Notes under the pieces: model-generated
Seen by the model: the letters and a program-made list of their open reading frames with translations, nothing else
Database searches by the model: none
Told to the model about the DNA's origin: nothing
Source of the DNA: Ascidiella aspersa
Taxonomy: Eukaryota
Direction: 5' to 3'
DNA: 64,000 nt
Assembly (NCBI GenBank): GCA_963924565.1
Contig: OZ004613.1
Location: forward strand, 6,324,001 to 6,388,000
Shown here: positions 23,157-35,555 of the stretch, one piece after another
Layout of the letters: every line of letters begins with the position of its first letter
Position numbering within the stretch: position 1 is the first letter of the stretch
Translations under genes and position numbers: made by a program

Positions 23157-24781
23157 CTTAACAAATTAATTTTTTTACATTCCAAATTCCTCAACCATTT
23201 GTTCTGATGGAAATAGTAACTAAAAAGTCTGTACATTCTCACAATTATTTATCACATATTTTAGCAGAGCTAATGGTGATGTTTAACTATTTAACAATGT
23301 TGCATGCAAAATTGAGATAATTAGCTCAATTTCCTAGTAAAATGTTAAATCAAAATACTTAATTTCAACCAAAATCAATGAATTAAGGCAAGTCAGGTCA
23401 TTTCGCTGAAATGACTCAAGTTAAGTTAAGTTATTTTAAAATAGGGCGCTGATCTACAATCATACAACAGCGTTTAAATGACTAAATCTTATTTGGGTTG
23501 GTGCGAGTATGCATTTGTGTTGGACAAGTAATATTATTATATTTATTTTCCTATATTTATTCTTTTCTTGCTATTTTGACAACTCGTTTTGTTACAGTAA
23601 AAAAGTGGTAGAATTCTAGACCAGTGCTGAAAACAGTTTTTAAGTGCACTCAAGTCAAGTCATTGACTTATGTCATAATAACACTGCTATTAAAAGTTAC
23701 TAATGTCATATTTAGAGCCAATTATCTACCTTTTAGGGCTACCTTTGTGAAACGGCTTTTGGCAAAATTCGTTTGATAGTGAAGCAATGTTGGTTAATTA
23801 CAAGTCTCATTTGTGTCTTTTGCCCGATGAATCAACCTCACTATCACTTTAATAAGTATTGCTGTAGTCTGATTACAAATCCACACAGTTTTTGTTGGCT
23901 GGTGTTGAGCTGGCCTGGCAGCAAGCCGGAATTTTGCATGAACAATAAAAGGGCGATATGGAAAAGTGGAAATGATTTAGTACCGGTAGCCTTTCTGGCT
24001 GGCGGGAATTGTTACAGCAACGCTTTCACACAGGTGAAATATTTTTATCTATAACAGAAATATGTGTCAAGATATAACATTATTCATGTGTGAAACAGCC
24101 AAAAAAAATTTGTTCTCAGATTGACAGCGAAGGCTTGGTAAAGGCGTGAAAAAGTAGCAACATTTTTGATTATACATTTTGAAACGAACACAACTCAAAT
24201 AAACGTCTTAAATACTCAATAAAACATCTTAAATAACCGCTGTTACTACAGTAGCATGTACCTTTGTTAACTTTTTTTTACCCTATGTGAAACAGCTTTT
24301 GGCAAAATTTGTTTGATAGCATGTAACTTTGTTAACTTTATTGGTTCTTCACATCCATTCAAATTCCAATCCTTTTTTCGTAACTAGAATTACATCACCT
24401 CAATAAACTTAGGCCTATGGATTATAATCCAGGTAAAATATTAATCATAAAAAAGATGCAGGCAGTGTAGCAAAAATATTAACATGTAATTTGCTAAATC
24501 ACTTCGGTATGTTTTGTTGATTATTAGGGCCTTGTTACTATAAAGTTGTTAGTAATCCAGAAAAAAAAACAATAAAAAAAGTTGGTCATCCTCATTCCTT
24601 ACTAATGTCATTATAGCAAAATTGACAATATTATTTTGAAAGGCGGTAGTATCATTTATTATTTGAACGTAAAAGTTAATTGAAACGAGAATACATAAAA
24701 CCAGATGGGATGATTGCTTTCAATGGAACATCTTGCTTTTACAGAGTTTTTTTTTTATATAGCCATTATTTCTGGGAAAAC

Positions 24782-24850
24782 GGTAAATACTAAAACATTC
24801 TATGAATTAGTCTCCTACACTTTTAGTTTTACCAAGTTTTAGTATTTACC
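24782..24850. mobile_element. 69-bp mini-transposon with 9-bp TSD (Merlin- or Mutator-like)
   Basis: Perfect 15-bp TIR GGTAAATACTAAAAC / GTTTTAGTATTTACC; TGGGAAAAC at 24773-24781 and 24851-24859. Confidence 0.7.
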
Positions 24851-25194
24851 TGGGAAAACTTACTTTCCTAGATGGGCAATCCCCACATAATTCTCATAGA
24901 AAGTTACACAGCGTCATATATGATTAAAGGACAAGATTTATAATGACAGATTACACAGTTAAACTAAGATTTAGGGCCGAATGCACCAACATGGATCAGA
25001 TCAAACTAGGATCAGATCAAACTAAGATCAACTGATCCAAGTTTGATCCTTTGAGGCACTTGGTATGCACCAAACTACGATCAGTTGAGCCGCGCTTGAT
25101 CCGATCAAAGTGAATTATGGAAACGAGATTTCGGTGCTTTCCCCCTTAATTTTTTTCTTACATCTTGTCAGCTAACAAAGTTAAAGTAAATGTG

Positions 25195-26214
25195 CCCCGC
25201 TCAACAAATTTTAACGACTTCGAAAAGAATTTAATCATCCAACTAATTGACAATTATAAAAATGACATAGAATGCAAAAAACTGACTGTGTAACAGCTGC
25301 TGCAATAACTAAGGCGAGGGAAAAACGTAGCGAGACCTTTAATGCCAAATACCAATACAAAACGGAATATAGGGCAGCTTCAGGTCCTCTGGAAAAAAAT
25401 TAAATCGAGGGCTAAAAAGGAATCGGCTTTTGTCAGAAGAGAGCGTTTCCTCACAGGTGGAGGGCCACCGCCCGCTGAAGATGCTCAGTTGCAAAAAGTT
25501 GAAGGTATGGTGATATTTTATATTAAAAGGCAACTTCAACCAAACACACCATTATACTATTTGTAGTGTTGAAGTTAGGGTATCTTATGATACAAAAACT
25601 TTCTGTTTAAATTAGGAAACTCTAAGCAAGATATATAATACTTTGTTGTAACAATATTGTTTAACTACAATATTTGAACTATTGGCCAACAATGAAGCAT
25701 ACTTATTTTACAAATAAAATTAACTATCAATTTTTTTTGTATTTGGCAGCAATGATATCAGGTCAAATTAGTCTTTTGAAAAACCAATTTGATGATGATT
25801 CAATACTCGATCTTACAGCGACAGACACTGGAGAACCATTAACTGTTCTTTACGTAGATCAAGGTATAAACTGCTTCACAAATTTTAGTTTGATATATTT
25901 TAGCTACAAGTCAAAAATACAAATTTTAGTGAGTTGTTAAGTTTTATTTTATTGCTAATAATAATTAGCTTTGTTTTAGATTAGATATACAGCGAAGCAG
26001 TTCAACATCAGTGCAAGGCAGTCCACCAGTAAAAAGAGTAAAACAGTCAAAAAATGTTATCGCCCAGAATGATATCAATGCACTAAAAAAGGAATTTTTA
26101 GAAACAGTTCTAAAACAAAAACAAGAAAGGCATACTATGAAGATGAAACTTTTACAGCTAAAACTTGAAAGGAAACTCAGAAATCAAGCAGATGAGACTA
26201 AAGACCATCATTAG
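25195..26214 (+). pseudogene. Harbinger Myb/SANT-like DNA-binding protein (MSANTD-like), frameshifted and intron-containing
   Basis: RSTNFNDFEKNLIIQLIDNYKNDIECKK/TD...FN/..RNIGQLQVLWKKIKSRAKKE...TGGG across two frameshifts, plus a C-terminal coiled-coil exon at ~25980-26214. Confidence 0.75.
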
Positions 26215-26637
26215 GATTTGAACATTTATGCGGAACTTTGGAATTAGTTATTAGTAAACATTTAAATTAACTCACTATTAAAATTTTGGTTATATGCAAA
26301 ATATTTATGGTACTCTTGTTTGTAAGGTGTAACCACAACTTGATAGTCATTATTCACACAATACAGGGCAATGACTGTAAATTGTCGCCATAGCTAACAG
26401 GTAATGTGAATGATTCACTCAACTGATTTCATTTGTTAGCTATGGCCACAATTTACAGTTATGCCCTGCATTGTTGTATCATATTGTGGTCACAGCTTAC
26501 AAATAAGAATACCATAAATATTTTACATAACAGAAATGTTAATATTGTCTAATTGCATGTTGCATTTTACCATTCGTCATGTTTTCAATATGTTTGCAGT
26601 TACTAGTAAAATATTAAAAATTATCAATTTTTTGTTG

Positions 26638-27600
26638 TCAAATAATATTTCCTGATACACTTGAGGCTTCATCAGTAAGGTCATTGTTGGGCAGATCATA
26701 GATTTCATCATCAGACAGGCCTACGTCCCCTCTTCTACGACAATAATTATTGGTAAAGAATTCTCTAGTTTTGTGTGAACTGGTATTGTTAAACAACAAA
26801 ATCGTTGCTTCCAACACTCCAAACATCCTTTCAACTATGTTTCTGGTTTTTATGTGTGCTTTATTATATAGTTTTCTTTATTACTAACAGGATTGCGCAA
26901 TGGAGTCATCATGTAAGCGCGGCAAGGATAACCACCATCACCAAGCAAAAGTCCTTTAAATATATTATGTTCGAGTTGATAACAGATTGAGCTGTTGTCA
27001 AAAATTCTACTGTCATGTGTGGAGCCTGTCCATCTACATACAATGTTAGTAAACAACATATTCGGATCACAAATAGCTTGAAGATTTATAAAAAAATAAC
27101 CCTTTCGATTTCTGTAAACTTCTGCATTTTCTCCTCCAGGTGAAACTATGGGAATATGTGTGCAATCTATACAACCAACTACTCCTGGAAATCCTGCAAC
27201 TTCCTTAAAACTACATTTTACTTGGTTTAAGCTCTCTAGTTCAAGTGAAATAAAGTTCCTTTTTCTGGAAGCTAAAGCAATTGACACCCTGTGTATGATA
27301 CGGCATGTAGTAGACTAGTGAATTCCTACAAGATCACCATCACATCTCTGAAAGTGTCCAGTAGCATAATATCTTAAAAGTGACAAGTAGCTGCAATATA
27401 GGGGGAATAAAACTGTTTCTTTTTGAATGATGCTCGAGGTCTAACGATATCATAGCCAATAGGTCAACCACTGATTCTTTACTCAGCTGGTACCTATTGT
27501 AAAACTGAATACTGTCATATTCTTCAAATGGGTTGGACCTGTCAAGTATAACACGTTGTAGTGGTCTTTCTATTTCCTCTATAACATCAATTGCATTCAT
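26638..27600 (-). pseudogene. Harbinger (HARBI1-like) DDE transposase, frameshifted
   Basis: Motifs FPGVVGCIDCTHI, YRNRKGY, GSTHDSRIF, LLGDGGY and RNIVERMFGVWKQRF split over several frames; C-terminal LHN region missing. Confidence 0.88.
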
Positions 27601-30104
27601 ATTTAGTACTTTCTACAACAACTATTTCTGTAAATAAATAAACCTGTCACGTTTTAGGTCTGGATTCGTGTTTTGTTTAGAGGTTTTGTGATTTTTTGTA
27701 AAGATTGGTGTATTTTCAAAGTTACTTACGTATTTTACTAGGCCGTGTCTAATGTCGATGAATAAAAAACGCGAAAATCATTTTATATGTTTCATAGATG
27801 ACAGTTTAGTGTTAGTTTACTGTTTAAAAGTTTAGTACTTGTGATTAGATTTCAAAAATACATTATTAGTCAATGTTAAGTCATTTGATCCTGCACTTAA
27901 ACCTGCACCATCGAAGGTTTAACTTTCGGATCAAATATGCGTGTTTGATCGTGGTTTGATCGGCGATCAGGCTTGGTGCATACCAAAATAAAGATGATCC
28001 TAGTTTGATCGCTGACTCAGCAATATTTGATCTGATCGGGCTTTGATCCGGGTTGGTGCATTCGGCCCTTTAATGTCTAACTCTAAATCCCATAGTCTCT
28101 ACCTTGCTTATAAACATTTTATAATAAGCAATTACGTTTTCAAAAGAAAAATATAAGGTACGGCGACGCTAAACTGTATCTAGGTCGATTATTATATATG
28201 ACTTAACACAACATTAGGGTTATCCAATATAATTGGAATGGAGCCGATGCCCTAGCGGCATATGTTAAATAAAGCTTTCTAAATACAACTATTTTGGTAC
28301 ACGTATGTAGCCACAGTTATCTGAAATTGTGTATAATTTGCGCATATTCGCTCGTGATACGTAGTTCCATGTATTTAAATAAAATTTATTCGCATCTGTA
28401 GACAAAATGGGGTCCCAATGTAAATTGTTATTTTATATTATGTAAATTGGGGTCGCCTACTTAAAAGGTTGGAGACCACTTCCCTAGCCTATACCAAGTG
28501 GAAGTAGCGGTACTCGTCGGATACTAGGGTGGCGTCATCAATTTCTGTCATGGAGTTCTACAACCGTATCATTTTAGTACGTGTATTTTCGTTGTCGCAC
28601 TCCGTACGGCATGCACGTCTTGTGCACGCCTGGCACACGCATTCTGCGACAAACAAAGGCAAATTCGCTTTTTGCCTCGAAAGGCTGGGGCCAATATAGT
28701 TTTATTGATAACAGGCCGACCAAAGTCAAAATTTAGTTTGAATTTGCATCCGACAATATATAACCCGTATTTTACCTTTGTAGGGGCGATGTGCAGCGAA
28801 TTCGCAAAATACTCTGCAAGGTTTATCTGACCACTGGTTTATAATTTATTGGCTACGATATGGCAACCATTCATACCAACCTAATGTTATTTTTAACTAT
28901 AAAACTTGCAGAGCTTAAATATATAAAACCCAGTTGAAACAAACTTGTTTTAATTGGTATTTTTATTGACTTCAAAAGGTGGTCTTTTATTTTTTTTTCT
29001 GGGATGCGGCCACAGTATTGACGAAGCAGGTGCGAAGAGAAAAAACGGTAGCTATACAAGCGAAGTGGAAGGGTGAAAAAAAGAAATTACGAATGTCTTG
29101 TGTATGTTTGTTTAGCAATGTAATATTTTAACATTAAACGAGAGCCTATGTGCAAAACATAACTAAGCTGGATTTTCGACGGTTTCAGCATTTTACGGAT
29201 ATCAGTCGAAATTATATAGTTAGTATTTGTTGTCGTGCAATTTTTGACATATTTACGATTATATTATCGTAAATCGTTCATATAGCAAGTATTACAACAA
29301 AACAACTACTTAAATGCGTCACGTAGTATATGTCGTCGAGATTTTATAGAAAAAAATATCACATTGCCTGGTTAAACTGAGATGTGGGTCAAATATGAAT
29401 TACTAAACGAAACCATTCAAGTTTTGCATACTTACGCAACGAAGGGTTAATAGGTACCGGCATTTGTTTAGTTGTTTAAAAAAGGGTTAATTGCTCCTCG
29501 CGCAGACTTTTAGCAAATTGCGTTACGGCACACACACTAACAAGTATGTACATATAAACACTATTTGAACTTACAAGAACATACACAACAACTGTTGGGG
29601 ATTTGCAACACCTTTAAAATTAATGTTGGCGCGGTTCAGTTTAGTTGGTGGCAATGCAGGATTTCCCTATGAAACTTGACAAAGCGATCTGCGTATTATC
29701 CAGTTTTGTTTACATGTTGAAACTTGTTAAACAAACTAATTGCCTAAAATTTTGGCCTCCTATGGGAAATTAATTACTAATAAATGTACAATGCCGGGTT
29801 TGGACAATTTTTTCCGTACAGCTTATCGACTGAATGCCTCATTTCCTCTATTTGTTACAGCAACGAAAAATATAGACATTAAGGGTTATTTCCAGGCTAT
29901 TTCCTCATTATCCAAATTGGGTCGTGCGTTTACCAGTCACTTAGAAGTATATGCTACGCCGGAAAACAAATAAGTAATCGCCCAAAAAGGGCCTCTATTT
30001 ACAATAGAAAAGAAAAAGAAAACAGCAAACAGTGAAGGTTCATCATTAAGGATATCGAACAAGACACGCACACGCCTACATATCAAGCCCTTCTGGAAAA
30101 TTCC

Positions 30105-33100
30105 TCAGGCTGTGTACTGTGGGTTCATTCGAGAATATCCAAAACCTTGATCCTTGTTCATGCAAAGGAAGCCAAGCACAATGAGAACGCCCAGCAACTG
30201 AAAACATGATAAAAAAGTTTTACGATAAGTTTAACAACATACCATTTTTAACAGCGCAATGTGACCTGTTATAAATTTCCAATTCAACTAGTGGTTTTAA
30301 CGGTTTAGGTTACACCCTTTTCTGAATTATTACACCAAGTACTCCATTTTGTTTTTGTGCCGTATAGTGTATGCTTTTACGACGGGGAAGTGGACAAAGG
30401 TATACCAAGTTTTACATGACACACTCGACTATTTTTAAATTCCCCCACAATTTTATTGTTTACAGTTTCTTTAACAGTAAATTCAGACGATACATAATTA
30501 GGTTCTAGACTAGAAAAAATGTTTTTTGCCTCTACCAGAATATTTGTAGTAAAGGTAGCACTATTTATAATACGCTTGCTCATATGCCAGCCAGCCATTT
30601 TAAACTTTGAAATATTGCCCCTAAAGCATTGCATCTCCATTTTTAGTTTCTGAATGACCTCCTTAATTGGCATAGGTGAAAAGGTAGATAGTTTAATGTT
30701 ACACTAAAACAATTTAATATGCAAAATGGCTTCAGCTGAAACAGTTAGGATAAAGCAACCAGCATACAAAAATGTGGGCTCAGGTAAATTTGGCGAAATT
30801 TACAAAACTTAAATGTAATTTGGATTTTGAAAGCAACTTTATTGCACAAAATCAAAAATAGAACACCAAAAAAATCATGTGACAACAGGTTTATCCAACT
30901 CAGGCAAAAGACCCTGTAGCCACAACGACAATTTCCTGTTTCCATTCAAATTATGTTATGCTTATGAATATAGTGATTTTGACTTACGATAAATACAGCC
31001 AAAGCCAGCGCCGAATAGGACATGAAGTCAAAGGCAAAGTGGAAGGCCTTATCCAATGGTTTCTTGCAGCCCTAGAACATTAAACAAATAGAGTTAACAT
31101 GTAAAATTAACATCACCAAATTTAATTTGACTATATGTACTGAGTTATGCACTGTCTGAACACAACTGTTCCATTACATCTTATTCCCTGTTGAACAAAA
31201 CGCATCACACGTATATTCTATAAAATGCTTTTGTCAACATGAAAAAAATATTTAGTAAATTAGAAACAAGTTCTGAATAGATTTGTGGCATAGCAGACAC
31301 AAACATACGTTGTCTTTTAAATAATTATTATAGATTACATATACAGGGCAATTGGGAAAAAGCAGCTAATTAAATTTGTGGCACCTAAAAGCTGATAATT
31401 AACATGGGTGTTTTCTGGAGTTTGTTGTTGTTATGACAAATACATTGGTAGATTTTTCACAGTCTATAGAACTTTGATTTTTCACAGATAGAATCTTAGA
31501 ATTATATCAATCGTTTTTAAGGGATTTTTGCATTATACATTTTATATCCAAATAAATTGAACAACAAAAATATTTAAAAAAAGAAAAAATTCTTAAAGAA
31601 ATCAACTTATTAATATCGCTCCCTAAGAAAAAAGTCAAAGTATACCTTTGTGTAAATGTATTTGATGTTCACTTTATCAGTTTTTCCAGTGCAGGTAGCA
31701 TTGTTAGGCGTGGCTGTGTCATTGCAACATGTGGTTGGGACCATGCTGCCATTCTTTCCCCATTCTGTGTTGAACCAGTCGGTGTAGTTATGAAATCCGC
31801 AGCATTCCAACTAGACAGAAACGGTTTCAGGAATTAAGTAAACCCTGGTGTGCTCAGATTTATATACTGCCATTTGTTACTATTGTTATTTAATTTAAAA
31901 GATAAAACATTTATTGAAGAAAGGTTACTAGTAATAGAATCCAAATTTTATTGAAAAAAAATAGAAAAAACAAATTGGTTAAAAGCAAATTGTTCTGGTT
32001 TTATGTAAAGAAAAAAAACGGTTTATGTAAGCTTGTAGAGTCTTTCACTTAAGCAGAAATTGGTTTGCGTGTTTTCTCTTGTATGTTTGCAATTAGTTGT
32101 GTTTTTTTTAAATTGACGAAAGATGTTTCTGAAAACTGATTTTCCATTTTTTGTTAAATCTTAAAAAATGTTATTAAGGAATACATTGACACTGCTAGGT
32201 CAACAAAGCAAAGTGGCATTGAAGTACTTTCACTTTGTTCTTCTTGTAACAATATTTCATGCTTTAAAATGTATATTTTTAATGGGCAAGTTTGCAGACA
32301 AATAATCACATCATAGGAACTATTTGGAAAATATTGAAATACATTTATTTTAACTAAAAAGTATTATGTTAGAGCTAAAATTTTAACTAAACTACCTAGA
32401 CGAAACAATCTTGCTTTTTGGCAACTTAGTGAAATTTAGAAATACTGTGTAAAAACACACAGAATGATAAAAAATTAAGTAAAAAAAGATAACAAAGTTT
32501 ACAAACTCACGTCAGTTTGAATGAGATCGACGAAAGCAGTTGCGTTGAACACGACGTCATCCGTTGTGTTGACGGGAACCGTTTCGTTTCCATACTGCTC
32601 AAATTGCTTCCACACAAAGTCGTCGAAAGAATCACTGGTCTTGCTTTTGTTGGCCAGCAGAATTCCAGAGAGCGAGGCTTGGACGATTAGCACAGAGACA
32701 AGGAACACCAAGTACTGCAAGTAGAAGCAAAATATTGGAATAAAGTTACTCAGATTAGATTATAGGTTCAACGCTGACTTTTGTTTTTCAGAATGGTGAC
32801 TAAAATTTTCCACTAAATGTGACTTTACGAACTCCAGCCATAAGACCAAACAACTTCAACATCGGAATAAAATACAGTTTGTAATGAGACCAAAATATGA
32901 CTAATACCTAATAGTCATAACAATGTCTAAATCCAAGTGATGTGCTTATCGAGTGGGGTTTGAAATTAGGAAAAAGGTTGTATATATGCCCTCTTACACT
33001 GTATCGCGATAAATTTATGAAGCATACCAACTGGTAAGGTCCTATTCAGACGATTTACTACTTATTCACTTGTGGATATTACTGCGTATTTGGCTCTATT

Positions 33101-34520
33101 ATGTTGTTGGTCTTTATGCTATATATAATACAGGGATATCCAACCTGCGCCCGCCTGAAATTTTTATGCGGCCCGCTAGTCATTTTCACTTCCAAGTAGT
33201 AATAAATCTAAAGGCCAATACTTAATCTTGAAACTTAATAGGTTCTGCGGACTATTTAATTATTTCAAGTGTCAATGCGGCCCACTATAATAAAATGTTG
33301 GACATCCCTGCTATAATACTATAGATTATTCTGCTTTAGATATTGTCACCTTTTAGGTCTTATTGTGTAAAATGTCCCCAAAATGCCCCTTAATTGTCCA
33401 ATCGGTTGGTACATTGCGATTTTTTTAGCTCTTAAGTGTAGTAATGTGTACTGTGTATTTATATTTGTTTTCTTTTTTGTATGCAGTAAGGTATTATGTA
33501 TTTACGTCTTGTCGACCTTCCTATGTAGTTTATATGAGATTCATTCCTTAAAACATTTTTTAATGCGAATAGAACCACTACCAATGGGGCAGCTGACTCG
33601 ATGTACCTAACGGTCTTTCACTGCCCCCTGGGAACTCAGATCTAATCGGCTTTGTTTAAACGAGAACATTAGGTCTTTATGATTTAGTTGCAGCTGATAC
33701 AATTTTGTGCAACATAAATATTAAATCAACTAATTTGCATTTATAAACAAATTTTAAAATTAAAATATCGCTTACCAATCCGAGGCAAGTTTTCTTTTCA
33801 CAAATAGCTCCAAGGCAGCCGATGATTCCACCAACAAAAAGCACCGATGCGGAACAAATAAGAATAATCGCCGGTCGTGCACTGACTTGTGCAAAACTAC
33901 CATCGTTCGACTTGATGTAAACTATCCCTGCGTACATCATAAAGGCAGCAGCAGCCTGCAGAAAACAAAACAGATCTGTTACACTGTGAGCAGATTTAGG
34001 TCAACAGGTGGTTAATATCTAAAATGCTACTTAGACGCTGGTTTTGAATCCTACCATAGCATTTAACAATTATATGATTAATACGCAAATATTTGGGTTA
34101 CGGTGCAGGTTAGCGTTTGGCTATGGGTGGGTTTAGTATTAATATCACTTGACCTACCCAAGCCCAATGCTAATCCACACCCTAACCCAAGTAAAAGTTT
34201 GGAATCATGTTTTTTGCAAACCTTAGGTTAGAAATCCTACCACGATTTACCTTTATTTTTAATCATGCAATATACAAATTCACACAAATTTATTTAGAAA
34301 AAGATTGGTGCACCTGACCTGCCATACAATGCAGACTGGTACATAGCAATCTTTTAAAATTATTTGGAGAAATATTTTATTCGGTTTGCACACCAAAATT
34401 TAAAACATATTTGAAATAATGCCTAATCAAATAGCATTGCAAAAAATGGTTAAAACTTACCCAGAAGAAGATGTTAAGTGTAAAAAGAAGACATTTGAGT
34501 GATGCAGAACAGCAACCCAT
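30105..34520 (-). CDS. Tetraspanin (TSPAN3-like), 261 aa
   Basis: Exons 34461-34520 (MGCCSASLKCLLFTLNIFFW), 33776-33955, 32511-32714, 31646-31810 (ECCG..PTTCC), 30988-31071, 30105-30197 (TM4, tail GYSRM = YXXPhi). All introns are phase 0. Confidence 0.9.
33131..33310. mobile_element. hAT MITE in tetraspanin intron
   Basis: CAGGGATATCCAAC / GTTGGACATCCCTG; TSD ATATAATA / CTATAATA. Confidence 0.75.
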
Positions 34521-34846
34521 TTTTTGTTGATTTTTATTCTAGTTTTTTACCCTACTCAGGGACCAAAATACATATACAACTTACAAATACGTCTGAAAAA
34601 TAAACAACTTTACAATTAAGGAAATTAATAGGACAATAACACGTTGTATTGTCAAATATTATTATTATTTTTTTATATATAGCTATACGTAAATTAACGA
34701 ACTCACGCATGTCTAGCATTAAATAAAACTTGAATATTTGCATTCAGAAAGCGTTTAAAAACAAAACCGTTTGCAAAAAGAAAATAACGCCCACGCAATT
34801 TTCAAGTTCCGCATTGGAAAAACACTTTACAAAATTGAAAACAGCG

Positions 34847-34870
34847 GTCATGTGATGGCGATGACGTCAT
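34847..34870. promoter_or_regulatory. Candidate promoter motifs (E-box/M-box GTCATGTGAT plus CRE ATGACGTCAT) upstream of tetraspanin
   Basis: Two adjacent motifs ~330 bp upstream of the tetraspanin ATG, between divergently oriented genes. Confidence 0.35.
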
Positions 34871-35147
34871 GTTTCCTTGTGTTTAGGTTTTAACGTTATT
34901 TTATCATAATTTGAAATACCTTGAATTATAAATTAACGAAACAGGTCCCGAATGTAACGTATAAATTAAACAGATTCATAAGGATGGATTTAAAACGCGC
35001 AATGTTGAAATCGTGAATTGCCAAATGTAAACAACTTTTAATGTCTATGAACTGGTTGTCAGGATTGAAGTTACGCATGAATGGGTTTCATGAAAATATC
35101 GTGCTATTGACAAAGTCCCAAAAAGTACGACGATAAAACGTTTAAAC

Positions 35148-35555
35148 CAGTGCCAGCGGTTCCCAACCTGTTTGCTCTCGCCAACCGATTTAGTTTAAAC
35201 TTAGGCAATCCTTAATTTTGATTAAAAAAAAATTAAATGGTCATATTTGAGATTTTTTTTTAATTTGGCATAAATGTCGCAGATTTTCGCCCAAAGTATG
35301 TTCTAGCAATCGAAAGTTACGGCTCCATTGGACACATTAAGATTTTTATGACATTTTACTAGTTGACTGAAGCTATACTTGATTCATAAACACAACTGGT
35401 TCACTAAAACAACCGCACACAACTTTTTGTTCTTGGTCCTTACACTGCTAAACTTTTGAATCTTATTCCGTTTGCTTGTTAATTTTTTACTTTATGAAAT
35501 ACCAGGAGGCCGAACAGGTAACCACTTAAGGGTTGCGCCCCCCTTGGAACCACTG
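35148..35555. mobile_element. hAT-like MITE
   Basis: CAGTG(C)CAGCGGTTCCCAAC ... GGAACCACTG; flanks GTTTAAAC / GTTTAAGC. Confidence 0.55.

Larger units (their letters stand above)
24974..28068. mobile_element. Full-length, decayed PIF/Harbinger DNA transposon (~3.1 kb)
   Basis: Perfect 17-bp TIR GGGCCGAATGCACCAAC; left flank TTA, right flank TTT(A); GATCA subterminal arrays at both ends; carries convergent Myb/SANT and DDE transposase genes. Confidence 0.92.
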
